A stretch of 64,000 nucleotides of DNA from Callorhinchus milii. Lineage: Eukaryota. How positions within the stretch are numbered: position 1 is the stretch's first letter; each line of letters starts with the position of its first letter. Of this stretch, positions 1 through 12,929 are shown piece by piece. The DNA lies in assembly GCF_018977255.1 (NCBI RefSeq), contig NW_024704742.1, positions 126,978,001 through 127,042,000 on the forward strand. Reading direction: 5' to 3'. A model generated the notes under the pieces. It was not told the origin of the DNA and did not search any database. It was given only the letters and a program-made list of their open reading frames with translations. The position numbers were made by a program, and so were the translations under genes.

Positions 1-69
1 CAGTGAGCGACTTGTCTCTATGCTGCAGCAGCTTTGTATACTCCACCAACGAAGATGCCTCATTATTAA

Positions 70-500
70 CTTGGTTAAGATGGAAGATCCGCATCCTTCC
101 CACCATGCTAACGAATAACCAAACCAGACTGAGAGATCCACATATGTATGCCAGTCACACCTCCCCCATCTAAATAAATGTGGCTCTAAACTAGCCACTG
201 GAAAGTACACAAAAACAGCTCCCAATGATCTTCCTTCCTGCGGGAGAAGCATTGGAGCTGTATTTAATGCTCCAACAGCAGTGTGACTAAAATAGCAACT
301 CCAAGCATTCCAAGGCGATCAGGAAAGAGATAATGGGTACAAGACAACATTTCACCACTGAGCTGAAGACACGGTTGCCCTCTGTGCTCGACAACACCTC
401 TTTAATGAGGGTTGGACAATGAAGTTGGATGATTCTTAACAAGCTCTCGCTCCAAGAAATGTGGATGGCAAGAAAGATTCTGACATTTTGTTTCAAAAGC
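70..500 (+). mobile_element. Possible very degraded Tx1/L1-like ORF2 C-terminal remnant
   Basis: Fragments WKIRILPTMLTNNQTRL and WMILNKLSLQEMWMARKILTF loosely resemble the Tx1 C-terminal region as I recall it; weak. Confidence 0.25.
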
Positions 501-927
501 AAGTTGAAATGGGCAGAAATGAACAATTGAGTCTCTCACTGAATGTGAAGAGAGAGAGCACTCGTGGCATTCAGCCCACCACAACAAACAACTCTATGTT
601 TAATTACGTTCTACAACAGCTGGTGTGCTCAGTCAGTACAGCATCAATATTTAATAGGCAGGTCTATTGGGATGTCTATGTTGGGAGTTTTTGCCACTGT
701 TTGCATTTATTGACTGAAAGATAGCATTGCAGATTCTATCACTCAAATATCATTACCATGCTGCAGTTCGCCTTGTTAGATAGATATAATCCAATTCATC
801 TCTCAGATTTTGTAATATGAAAGTGATTCATAATGATTGCCCAACTCCGTCTGTACCTCACAACCATCGCAGCCAAAACCCCATCCACGTCCCCTCTCCC
901 ACCCGGCCACCGCCCCACTACCGCCCT

Positions 928-1506
928 GCCTTCATCACTTCCCGGCTGGTCTATTTCAATGCCCTCCTCGCTGGGCTCCCCAGCTCCACCATACACAAAA
1001 TTCAATTAATCCAAAACTCCGCACCTGGATACTCACCCACACAAAACTCCATACCACCATCACACCGGTCCTTGCCAGGCTCCACTGGCTCTCAATTAAT
1101 AAATGGATCGAGTTCAAGATCCTCTCACTCATTTTCAATCCCTTCATGCCCTCGCACCTCCCTACCTATTCAATTTGCATTGTTATTATTATGCATACCC
1201 CCCCATTCCACCACCCTCTGCTTGGCTAGCTCCAGTCTCCTATTTGTCCCTCATGCCCTCCACATCACCATCACTGGCCGTGCCTTCAGCAACTACGCCC
1301 CAAAATTCTGGAACACTCTCCTTCAACCCCTCTGCCTTGCCCCTTCCCTCCCCACTTTCAAATCCCACCTAAAGACCTACCTGTTTGATCGTGCTTAAGG
1401 TTACCTCCCCCCTCCCCCTCCCCCTGCTCACCACTGCCAAGCGCTCCGGGACGTTACCCCATGTGAAGGGCACCATATAATGCGAGTTGTTGTTGCTGTT
1501 GTTGTT
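928..1506 (+). mobile_element. L2 LINE 3' fragment
   Basis: FITSRLVYFNALLAGLP...IQNSA and ITPVLARLHWL motifs; (TTG)n tail. Confidence 0.9.
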
Positions 1507-1916
1507 ATGAAAAAAATTCTGTCATTGAGTGGAGAAAAGTTATCAACAACTCCCGGAACAGACAAATTTATTTGAGCTCTAAATTTATTCTCAGACTTCT
1601 TCACCCTTGCAGTTTTTTTNGTTAAATAATTGCATTTCTACAACTGCTCTCTTACCCTTCAGAACAAACAAATGTGATTCAGGTATCTTCCACTCAATTG
1701 GTTTTATTTTTATCGTCCTCCACAGCTCTTCCTTCCCCCACCCAACATGTCCATCAAGCATCCTTCAACTTACTGCTAACAAGAGAAGAATCAATGGTTA
1801 ATTCCCACACCCACTCTTAGTAAAATGAAGTAAAGGTGACTCAGTGAAGTGCTGATTAGTTTCAGCACACCCATACTTGGATGTATTTGAATGTGAAGCA
1901 ATAAACTAAATGGCTA

Positions 1917-3428
1917 CAACAACAACTTGCCCTTATATAGCTCCCTCCATGCAGGGTAGCGTCTCAGAGCACTTAACAATCGCGGAGCCTGACTCCGAGC
2001 CGGGCGGGATTGGGGAGGTGGCCGTAAGCATGTTCAAAGAGGAAGGTTTTCAGGCAGGACTTGAAAAAGGGGAGAGAGGGCAAAGTGGAGGGACTGAGGG
2101 AGAGTTTTGGGGCATAGTAGCTGAAAGCATGACCTCTTATGGTGAGGCGGAGGGTGCGAGGGACAAGTAGGAGGCTGGTGCCAGTCAAGCGAAGGCGCCG
2201 GGTGATGGATTGGGGAGGGAGGAGGGAGGAGAAGTAGGGAGGTGCCAGGGAGTGAATGGAATTGAACACGAGAGTGAGGATCGTGAAATCGATCCGTTTG
2301 ATGGTGGGGAGCCAGTGAAGTATGGCCAGAACTGGTACAATGTGGGTATGGAGTTTGGTCCGGATCAGTATGCGGGCGGCAGAGTTCTGAATGAGCTGGA
2401 TCTTTTCGCCCACAAAATATAGAGTTAATTCACTTTACAGTATATTCTGTGAAGTGCTTTGAGAAGTCTAGAAGACGTGAAAAGCGCTATATCAAATGCA
2501 ATTATTATTATTATTATTACTGAATGGTGGAGCTGGGGAGACTGGCGAGGAATGCGTTTGAGTTATCCTAGCAGGAGGTGGCACACGCATGCACAAGGGT
2601 TTTGGCTGCATTTGGGGTAAGGTATGGTCGGAGGCAGGCAATTCAATGATGGAAGAAGGCGGTCCTGGTCAGGGACTGGATGTGAGGGAGGAAGGACAGC
2701 TGCGGGTTGAACCGGACGCCTAGATTGTGCACTGGTTCGGTGAGTCTTAGGGAGAGCCCGGAGATGTTGAGGAGTTTAGATCCACAAGAGTGAAGACATT
2801 GACGGGAGCCAAGAAATATGGCTTCCGTCTTGTCCATATTTGGCTGCAGGAAGTTTATACTCATCCAGGTCTTGATATCTGGCAGAGAAACTGATAGAAC
2901 ATCGGCGGACCTGGAGTGGACGTTTACCCCATGTCTGCGGATGACATCACCCAGAGGGAGCATATAGATAAGAAAAAGAAGAGGGCCAAGAATGGAGCCC
3001 TGGGGTACTCCGCAGGTGACCAGACGGGAGCAGGAGGAGAAACCATTTGTTGAGACAAAATGGAGGTGGTTGATTAAGTAGGACTCGAACCATGTGAGTG
3101 CAGTCCCACAAAGGTGGATAACGGAAGACAGGCAGTGGAGAAGGATGGCGTGGTTGACTGCATTGAACATGGCAGAGAGATCCAGGAGGATAAAGGAGCC
3201 CTGGTCACAGATAGAGAGAATGTCATTTGTGACTTTGACAAGCGCTGTTTCTGTGCTGTGGGCAGAGCGAAAACCAGACTGCAGGGACTCGAGGAGGGAG
3301 TGGAGGAAGAGGTGTGACCGAAGTTGATCTGCAACAATGTGTTCCAGGACTTTGGCAAGGAAGGGAAGGTTGGAGATGGGACAGTAGTGTGAGAGATAAG
3401 AGGGATCAAGGGTGTTTTTTTTTCAGGA
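1917..3428 (-). mobile_element. L2 LINE, 5'-truncated with RT remnant, interrupted by a SINE
   Basis: [20 protein letters not shown] (ORF 2643..3170) and IQNSAARIL...LHWLP (ORF 1973..2413); caacaac tail at 1917. Confidence 0.92.
2405..2519 (+). mobile_element. 3' part of the (ATT)n-tailed SINE, nested in L2
   Basis: ttcactttacagtatattctgtgaag...atcaaatgca(att)n; L2 sequence resumes on both sides. Confidence 0.85.
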
Positions 3429-4009
3429 ACAAATGTCATGGATCAAAAGACACATTGATTTTTATTGTTTCAAAAACTCAGCATTTGTACAACATGGAAC
3501 TGAAGTTGCCGGTTAGATCGATCCAGCTGTTCTTTTCAATAACACAACAGTCAAATCTTTGGATCTTAAATTGAATCCATTTGTTGTGAGCTGTCACCAA
3601 TATGTTGGTGAAACACTTTTCCAGGTTCGTAACAAACTCTCGTTAACACTCTTTTCCAATGGTAAGGACATTGTAATATACAAAATTGAACTTTGAAGTC
3701 GTCATGTTGCCAATGATTACAGATTGGAACCATATTTATTGAATGAAACAGGTGCTGTGCGAGTTGCTGCCTCGCAGCAAGCTGCAGTTTTACATTATTC
3801 CTGCTTCAATGCCATTAGGAAACCTTAGAGGATGTATTTGGCAAGTTTTGTAATCTCCACATTCTCCAAATGCAGCAGGAAAGTTCAAAGATTTAAACCA
3901 TTAAATCCACTTAATTTGGAAAAATAATCCTCATTCAATCCAGATAATTTGGGGACAGAACAAATACAGTCCCATGAAGAGAAATTGAATAAGAATAAAC
4001 AGAGAGGAG

Positions 4010-4390
4010 GTACTAAAATGAACACAATGATCAAGGTAGATAAGTCACTTGGTCCGGACGGGATGCATCCTAGGTTACTGAGGGAAATAACGGTGGAAAT
4101 AGTGGAGGCTCTGGCCACAATCTTTCAATTCTCCTTGGATACCGGAGTGTTGCCAAAAGATTGGAGTGTTACAAATGTTACTCCCCTGTACAAAAAGGGG
4201 GAGAAGGATAAACCCAGGAACTACAGCCAGTCAGCCTAAAGTCAATGGTTGGGAAACTTCTAGAGATGATAATCTGGGACAAAATAAATTTTCACTCAGA
4301 AAAATATGGATTAATAAGGGACAGCCGACACGGATTTGTAAAGGCAAATCATATCTAGCAAACCTGATGGAGCTTTTTGATGAAGTTTTA
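4010..4390 (+). mobile_element. CR1 LINE ORF2 fragment
   Basis: KVDKSLGPDGMHPRLLRE...NVTPLYKKGEKDKP. Confidence 0.88.
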
Positions 4391-5269
4391 TTGGTCATTC
4401 ATGTCGGGTCTGTTTGTGGGGCCTTTATGTGCACAAGATAGCTTCCATGTTTGCCAACATGTACATCCATCACCTGATGGTAATTTATCTATGAAATGCT
4501 GTGAGGCATTTGTAGAGGCTATATCAAATTCAAGCATTATTACATGACCAAGTAAAACTGAATCTTTCATTTAAAAAACTCAACCACTCTTCAATCTCAG
4601 GTTTCATGCTGCAGTCTCAAAGCAACACTTCATAAACATAAGTACAGTACATGTTAAGAGCTAGTTGTTTACAAACTTTAGATTCCTTGTGTAACAACTA
4701 ACCTAACTCAATATGCTTGTGGAATTCCATATTATGGATCCACTTTAGACCACTTAGGAACATAGGCACAAAAATCCTATAAACCTCAAATCAATTTTTT
4801 CACCAAATACCCATCCAATCCCTTTAATTTGCGCTCACAATCTGCCTCAGCTGCATTCCTACACCGATTCCATTTTACTTTGTGTAAAATAATGATCTTT
4901 ATGTTTGAAAGTACAGCCTTATCACGCCATTAACACAACTCAAAGCACTTCATAGATGAAATTAATATATATTTTTAGGCGAAGATGTCAACAACAACAT
5001 TACATTTGTATGGCATCTTTCACGTCGACAGCCAATTGCACACAGCAATGTCCTGTAAACAGCCATGAAGTGGATGTCTATTTTTTTTTAACTTTATAAT
5101 TTTATCTGAATATACCTGTTTACATTCCCACTTCTGAGCTCAAGACACTGTCGTTTTAATCAAGATTTTTTGACCTTGTTGCATTAATTTTACCCAAGCC
5201 CTTAAATACATCAAAAATCTGTCTGCTTCTGACCAGTCAGCCTGGCTCATTGGTAGGACTCAGAGGAGC

Positions 5270-5385
5270 AGTCCAGTTACAGGGATTCTTCTCAGCTAGC
5301 TGTTAACCCAGCAAACCAAATCCCTGACGGCTAGGTTGGTCCTAGCTGGAAAAGCAGCAGAAATCCTGACAGACAATGGCAAGCT
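5270..5385. repeat. Unclassified ancient repeat, copy 1
   Basis: Reverse complement aligns by eye to 55200-55330. Confidence 0.55.
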
Positions 5386-6009
5386 ATGCGGCTTTAGTTG
5401 ATTAAAATCCAGCAGTAACGCGACGTACACTTTGGGGTGCCGAAGCCTTGGCTTTGCCAACCTGTTCTTAATACTCTCCAGAATTAGGTAAGCAGGATGT
5501 GTCCCTGTAGGGAGACAATATTTGTTAATACTCTACCTATTTAATCTAAGAGCAAATTCTCAAAAATTCCCCCTCACCAAATATTGGAATCTAAAATTTA
5601 CAGAAACCCAACTATGCAGAATTTCAAGACAATTTCAGAATTTCATCAACCTCCAGTTTTCACGAGTGGCTCCTCAACATTTCCCTCCCCTTCACCACAG
5701 CACGGCAGCATAACATTTCATCACCTGTCTGGAGATATCCCTGTCGCCTTCTAGCATAATTCATCAGAGAGAATTGGCACAACATTAATGATTGCCTAAA
5801 AATCTGCTCCACATAACTTCTGCTCTATGGAGATAGAAAGTGAGGAAAGAGGATTTCTTCAAAGCTGTTGTTTCATTTGAAGCATCTTAATTTTGCATTA
5901 AGATGCCTCAAATGTTGTCCTCAAGTTTTGTACTTACAATCCTAGCCAAATCATCTTATGTTCACATCTAAAGATGCTTCTCAGTATTCGAAACCAATCT
6001 TGGGAAGAT

Positions 6010-6800
6010 AGGAGAACAGGAACAGGAGGAGACCATTCAGCCTATTCCTCAAGCCTGATTTAGTTCTTAGCAAATCTTTTAGTCTCAATGTCTCGCCATT
6101 TTCCTCAATACTTCTACTACCCAAGTATCTCTCTTTTAAACATCACCATTTATTCTGCCTCTTCAGTTTTCTTGGACCTCGCATTCCACATCTGCACCAC
6201 CTTTTGAATAAATAAATGTTTTCTGACCTCACTTCTAACATTTGTGGTTCTGATTTTAAGGCTGTTAATGGATCTCGCTACAAGAGAGAAGTCATTCACC
6301 ATCCAACCTGTCAATTCCTTTCATTTCTTTAAATAATGAATTAATCGATATTAATTAGTTTATTAATGGATCTCTTTCCGGGTAATAATCCCTTCAAAAA
6401 TAAATAAATAAATAATAACAATTTGGTCACTCAATCCACGACTTTTTGTGGGATACTGCTATGACCAATTGGCTGCCGCATTTCGCCCACAGAATATAGT
6501 CAATTCACTTTACAGTATATTTTGTGAAACGCTTTGAGATGTCTCAGCAACTTGCTAAGGCGCTATAGCAAATGCAAGGATTTTTATTATTATTAACCAG
6601 CCGTTAACTTCCTGTTCTTTTAAGAAGTACAACCCCCATCTACAAAGCCTCATCCTAGCTGAACGCTTTACAGACCATGTTTTAATCAAGTGAACTACTG
6701 CTGGGCATCTTCCAGGACTAATATATCCTTACAATTGCTCTCTCCTGAAGACAGTACCACAAATGATGTCTGATCAGCACTTCCTATAACTGGAGCAGCA
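6010..6800 (-). mobile_element. Degraded CR1 3' end containing a SINE insertion
   Basis: ggaacaggaggagaccattcagcc is the reverse of a CR1 3' terminus. Confidence 0.65.
6370..6595 (+). mobile_element. (ATT)n-tailed SINE, 5'-truncated
   Basis: ggtcactcaatccacgac...aattggctgccgcatttcgccc...aaatgcaagga tail. Confidence 0.8.
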
Positions 6801-8280
6801 CCTCATTACTTTCATATTCCAGACCATTTGTAATTTTCACTCAATCTTATTCCCAATGAAACAGATCAACTCTGCAAATTTTTCTTCACAATTTACAGCA
6901 CTTTATCTCAGAATTATCCTCACCATTCTTCTCGAAACATTCTGCAACATTAACATCCAATCAAAGATGCTCCAAGGTGCATACACTCTTGTATATGTGA
7001 CCTCACCAACAATCGATAGAAAGTAAAAATAATTTCTTCTTCTTTAAAGTCGAACACTCCTGAGTTTTGCTAATAGCTTCACGTGGGCTGGAAGCATCCA
7101 GTAAATAATGAGTAATCACACCCCAATTCCTTTTTCACTCTCTCCAATTTGCACCCTTGTCTCTCCAACAGTTAGAAAAGGGTCTTATGGCCCATTAATT
7201 AATTATGCAATTAAGGACCAGAATTTGAATAGGAGAAAAACACTGCTGGGAACCACAAATGCGAATGAGGACCAATTAAGGATTGCATTCTAGTAACGTG
7301 GAAACGTAACGTGGAAACATTTTCGCCATACAAAGAAACTGACAGAATTTGGTATGTATTTAAAAAAAATACATCTTACAACTTTCCTCCAAATTTCATT
7401 ACTTCTGAAATATTTTGTAATGCATTTATATAGCGCCTTTCACATTGGATAGCATCCTGAAGCAGTTATTTGATTGATAGAATTTGGACCCAGTGCTATG
7501 AACACAATCTCCCAACTATTACTGAAAACACTCAAACTAATCTCCAGCTATGATAGGAAGTAGGTTGTGAACCATTCCTCAAAATCACTACAGTGTGTTC
7601 TTCTCATCCATCTTGACAGCATATGAAACAATCTCAGTGGACTATTTGCATGACAGAATCATTCATCTGTCTACTGAAGCTGTGTCCCAAGTGAAGAATA
7701 AACCAGACACATCAGCACCTTTTAAATTATGTAGACTTCAAGCGCTCAATCTTTTAAACATTTAAATCTATTTTTAATGAACGTGAACTTTACTAAAGAT
7801 ATACTAAAATAGTTGCACTTTTGTGCTAATAGCCCATCCAGTTCCATTCCCCTCTAACCTGCCCCCATATCAAACATGCCTATAGGGATTATACCAGGTT
7901 TATTTCTGCATCATGTCCTGCCTGGGAAACCAGGTGAAGTGCCAGATGGATGGCATCATTCAGGAAAAGCTCTTTTCACTTCTCCATATTTAAAACTGCT
8001 GCTCTGATGGTCTCCATTGTACAATAAATGCTCCATACACATTCATATAATCACAGTACACGACTGTCTAAGGCAACAGACTGATGTGACACCTCCTTCA
8101 TTCAATTCTTCAAAAGAGGTCGACAAGAGTGAACTGTGAAGAATACCAGAAGTTTCAATGGAACTAACTGGCAATGAAGCTAAGTTCTACCTTTGAGGAT
8201 TCTTACAACTTTTTCTGCCATCTTTGCTACACATAAGTCCCAGCAAAAATTGGATTTGATCATCAAAATAGTTGAATGCG

Positions 8281-8660
8281 TCAGCCTGGCGCAGTGGTAG
8301 CACTCTCACCTCCGAGTCAGAAGGTTGTGGGTTCATGCCCCACGTCCAGACTTGGAATAACATAGTCTAAGATGACACTCCAATGCAATGCTGGAGGGGT
8401 GTGGCATTGTTGGAGGTATTGTCATTCAGTTCAGATCTTGAACTGAGGGGGCCCCGTCTGCCTATTCAGTTGGATGTTAAAAATCTCGCAGCACTATTCA
8501 AAACGAAAAGAGAGATTCTCTTCTGGTGACCTGGCCAAAAAAAAAAAAAAAAAATTGGTCGCTGTTTGTGGAACATTGCTGTGCACAAATTGGCTCCCGT
8601 TTTTGCCCACAAAATCCATTGTCACACCACTTTACAGTATATTCTGTGTAGTGCTTTGAG
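8281..8660 (+). mobile_element. Older tRNA-headed Deu-domain SINE (SacSINE1-like)
   Basis: tggcgcagtggtagcactctcacctccgagtcagaaggttgtgggttc head and gctgtttgtggaacattgctgtgcacaaattggct Deu-like core. Confidence 0.8.
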
Positions 8661-9559
8661 CTATGTACCTTTTACAGGTTTGTTGAAAGTTTGAAACAAA
8701 ATTCTATTTAGGGCTCGAAACAGAACATTCTGCTTCAGGAAGTATTCAGCACCTTGAGAATTCTGAACAGAAGGCTCACCTGATGCTTATAATCAAACCG
8801 TTTACCCACCACAGCTGAAATGGATTTCTCTATTCTCAAAAAGATTATGGGGGCACGGGTATGAGAGAGAGAGAAGGGCCAGCTCTCCAATCAGAAGAGA
8901 AAAATCTGCAACTAACTCTGAAGCAGATCAAGCAAGGAGCACGATTACAATCAAGTACAATACAAAACTCAGCGACACTCCCCCCACTCCCGCGGGCGGA
9001 CCTAAAGATGGAGGATAACTATGAAGGTTGGACGAGAACAAGAGCAATGTTGAGTCAGCAGCTAAATTGCATTGAACATTATTTGGAAGTGAATTTGGAA
9101 GTGGCATTTGATTTCTGAATGAAAACATAATTACTGTTTATATTTTCATACTTTGCAACTCAGCAGCAATCAAGTATTTTATATTGATTGCATAAAGCAT
9201 ATTGCTGCTTTATTCTTATTTCTATTCAACACATATATAGTGAATGAGGTCCACAATACAACCACATTATAACAAACTCTGGGCTATAAAGAATTGCTTT
9301 AAAATTGCGCTAAACTGTATATATGCGCACACATATTTGTACGCACATACACAGATATGTGTACAGATATTTATGTGCTTACTGCATCTCAGTTGTTTCA
9401 AGTTGATTCGGTTGCTGCAGAAAACACCCTGCAATTTTCACTTCAGGACTGGGATGCAGCTTCAGGGAATGACATGAAATAAATGGGCCATGAAATTCTA
9501 AATGGAACCATCGCTCAATGGGTTGAGATGTATGTCAAAGCTTTGGGCAGGAGAAAGGT

Positions 9560-9788
9560 GGCATTTATCTCACGCATTCCATGCTGAGCTGTGCTGTCCA
9601 CTAAAGAGCTTGCAGAGAGATCCAGCACCTGCCATCCAACCAGTGAGGGACCTACGCTTGTCAGATATCAAATGATCAATTAGTGACTATTTTCCTTGGT
9701 AGAGAGGGAAGAGGGCTCCAATGTGACATGCTTGCAATGTTCGAACCAAGTCAACCTTTTGTGGCGGGCTCATTAATCCAGTTCTTGA
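9560..9788. repeat. Unclassified ancient repeat, copy 2
   Basis: ggctccaatgtgacatgcttgcaatg is nearly the reverse complement of cattgcaaacatgtcaccttggagcc at about 55454; similarity extends both ways. Confidence 0.65.
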
Positions 9789-10195
9789 TTTCATGAATAT
9801 TCTTGCATATATGTACTTTACTGATAGTGTATTATTATTTTAAAATTTGTTTGAATGTTTACATACCTGTTTAAAGTTTGCATTGTAAGTAAAATAGGGT
9901 GAAATTAAGGAATAGTTTCAGAATTTATAACAGGATTTCTGTATATTTCTTACAGGTTATGTTTCTGGAAGGGAAATGCAAAAATATTGGTGTTGCAGCC
10001 TGTGGATGTTTCTCAAATCCACCATCTTAGCAGCCAAAAATTGGACCACCCTGCTTTAGGCCAAAACAAGTTTTGATAGGTCCACACAGCTTTGATAAAT
10101 ACTATACAAAAGACAAAGCCTTCACAAACTCACGTCAGTGAATATCAACAGTAAAATACAGACATGGTTAACTAATTGACAAAATGGTAGGAAAT

Positions 10196-10435
10196 AACAA
10201 TAACAACAAAATTACATTTGTGAAGCTCCTTTCATGTCAGGAGGATGCAAGGGAGGGAGCGAGGTGAAGCGAATGTGGGATGGAGATCCAGAGGTTGGGG
10301 GCAGTGAGGCTGAAAGCGGGCCGGGCCAGGCAGGGGACATGGATCAGGCAGGAGAATGTTGAGCGGTGGGAGAGGTTGATAAGGGGTTAGCAGGTCGGAG
10401 AGGTAGGAGGGGGCAAGGCCATGGAGAGATTATAA
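10196..10435 (-). mobile_element. Degraded L2 3' end
   Basis: aacaacaaaattacatttgt...tttcatgtcaggaggatg tail and G-rich antisense ORF2. Confidence 0.7.
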
Positions 10436-11349
10436 GGGAACAGTAATTATAAGGGAACTAGTTTGAGATGGAAAGAAAGTATTGAATGCAGTGCCTCTGG
10501 CCTTAAGTATTAAATGCAAACTAAGAGGAGACAGCTAAGATTTTAAAAAGAGCCCCACTAATCTGTACAATTCATGGGCAAATTCAGTTCTTTGTGAACA
10601 AAACAAAAATGCTACATATGGGGAGTAGCAATGGAAGGCATATTCACTCCATGCATGCGATCGAGAGTTTACCAAGCAAAAAGTTGAAAGAAATTTTGGA
10701 ATCTTCATCAACTTACTCATTATCTCATCCTTGTGAAGAGATATCCCAACATTAACAGCAGCTGACCTCAATTAGGTCACAAAATACACCACTATTTATT
10801 ACAAAAGAGGTTTTAAAAACATCCTGGTTAAAAATGTATAAAAATGGAACAAGGGATGGCTGTTGTCCACCAATTAGGTAATTTTCAAATTGGTATTGTT
10901 TTTTCAAACAATTTCACTGATCGCCGGTATTTCAAATTGGCATGTTCCTGTCATTGGCACTGTTATGGACTTTCCCAATTTACTTAATCTTCTGAAAAGG
11001 TGATCCAAGAGAAATAAAATGTCCACTTCAAACACTCAAATTTCTTTCTAACCTTCCTGAAGGTAATTCAGTAAAACTCCACAATATCACTTTCTCCTTA
11101 CAAACTGCATCATTTAACCCTAACTAGATGTCCTCCACAGCTGAAATTCCCATGATTTTAAAAGGACTGTGTAAACAGAGATCCGTTTTCCTTGAAATTA
11201 ACCTAATTTTAATTCCATTCTTTACCAGAGTTTCACCGAGATTTGATTGTTTAGTTAGTTTATAAACACTATGCCCTATAGATAACCGTTTTGTTGAATC
11301 GGCGTTTGCAGCTGCCAAGATTGTTAATTAATCTGGATTAATACATTTA

Positions 11350-11960
11350 TCTTCATCACATTGCTCACCTCCATCCCTGCCACACACCCGATGAGGCCAA
11401 AATCCTTATCCCTTATGAAGTAACATCAATTGGAAAGAGCACACACACAGTTTGTTGTTTATGCAACTCGTGTCCTCTCCAGTACCAGGCTCTGCGAGCC
11501 TATCACTCTCATACTCACCCGGAACCACTGGCTCCCCATTCTCCAAACAATAACAACTTGCATTTGTATAGTGCCCTTCTTGCAGGGTAGCTTCGATTGA
11601 GCACAGGCGATTGAGTTCAAGATCCTCAACCTCATTTTTAAATCCTTCCAGTCTTTCCCACTCTACTTCTACATCTTGCTTAAACCCTACTCCCTCCGCT
11701 CAGCAGGCACTGGGCTGCTGCATAACCCCCACCCTACCATCGGTAATCATCCTTTCAGCCTACCTGCCCCCACCCTGAAACTCCATCATTTACTTCTCCC
11801 CCTTCCCTCACCTTTTTCAAGACCTTACTCTTTGACCAATCCTTCGGTCATCTTCCCCCCTCCCCAGCTTTCATTGTACACAGATCCAACCTTTAGTTCA
11901 GTGCAAACCCTCAACTGTCCAGCACCAATGTGAAATTCGGCATATAAATGTTGTTTTATT
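11350..11960 (+). mobile_element. Degraded L2 3' fragment
   Basis: cactggctccccatt and gagttcaagatcctc motifs; tail ataaatgttgtt. Confidence 0.65.
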
Positions 11961-12279
11961 GTTTCTTGCACGCAAGTGCAGAATGCAAGAAATTATGTCA
12001 GAGTCATTTTCTACACACAGGAAGCAACATTAGTGATGCTTTCTGCCCATAGAGTTGGACATGTTGTGACCCGACCAGATAGAAGACAGCTTTTATTTTT
12101 TTTTAAAAAAGTGTAGGAAATTGTCTAGTCAATGCTGAAAGTCTGGTTAATTATGCTCCTAGTTAGCACAGGCCCTCAGAACACCCATGCTTATTAATGA
12201 GGCAGCACCATACCAGGGATTGCTGGAACACGGTTGCCCTGTTTCATAAAACTCAAATCCCATTTGTCTTTCTATGGAT

Positions 12280-12337
12280 TTTAATACCTGCAGATGTATA
12301 AAGATCTATAAGTCTTTATACATCTGCAGGTATTAAA
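12280..12337. repeat. Perfect 25-bp inverted repeat with 8-nt loop
   Basis: tttaatacctgcagatgtataaaga [tctataag] tctttatacatctgcaggtattaaa. Confidence 0.95.
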
Positions 12338-12339
12338 GT

Positions 12340-12650
12340 GGAGTCCTGTAGCTCAGTGGTTAGAGCATTCGCTTTGCAAGCGAGATATCTGAGTTCAATT
12401 CCAGGCAGGGCGAAACCTTGGGCAAGTTTCCTTACTCCACACGCCTCATAATAATCCCTCCAAAAACAATTAAAAAATTGGTCATTTTCAATCTACGACT
12501 GTTTGTGGGACATTGCTGTGCGCAATTGGCTGCCGTGTTCACCCACAAATATACAGTCAATTCACTTTACAGTGTGTTCTGTGAAGCGCTTTGGGACGTT
12601 CTCCCGACGTGAAAAGCGCTGTATCAAATGCAAGGATTATTATTATTATT
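12340..12650 (+). mobile_element. Full-length tRNA-derived SINE (short form), (ATT)n tail
   Basis: A box tagctcagtggt, B box gagttcaattcc, ccttgggcaagtt, Deu-like ctgtttgtgggacattgctgtgcgcaattggctgcc, L2-like tail. Confidence 0.92.
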
Positions 12651-12929
12651 AAGTCCCTTCACCAACCCTAGATCTATTGGATCCCTTGCATCATTGAGAT
12701 CTGTACCATTTAAGATATATTTCCTTTATTTGTTTTTCAAAATGTACTACAAGTATTTCACATTCTTCAAAATTAAACTGTATCTACCACTCACCTGCCC
12801 ATTCTAAGGAATCTATGTAAATCTTGTTTCCTACATGATATCAAAAGCTGGGGAACATACTAAAGAATCGAACATCCAATGTGGCAATCTCTGGATTACT
12901 CCCTCTGCCTTGGGCAAATAAGTAATTGT

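Noticed and set aside
1620..1620. Single N base
   Set aside because: Assembly ambiguity after a T homopolymer; no biological inference
5938..5967. Minus-strand 30-nt exon-like segment
   Set aside because: Weak acceptor and stops in two of three frames
7293..7318. Short tandem duplications (gtaacgtggaaac x2; similar at about 23545 and 26650)
   Set aside because: Ordinary slippage duplications with no array or spacer structure
8780..8814. Minus-strand 35-nt exon-like segment with CAG|GTGAGC donor
   Set aside because: Poor pyrimidine tract and no other support
12340..12412. tRNA gene
   Set aside because: A and B boxes run straight into a SINE body repeated many times in the window; no Pol III terminator follows
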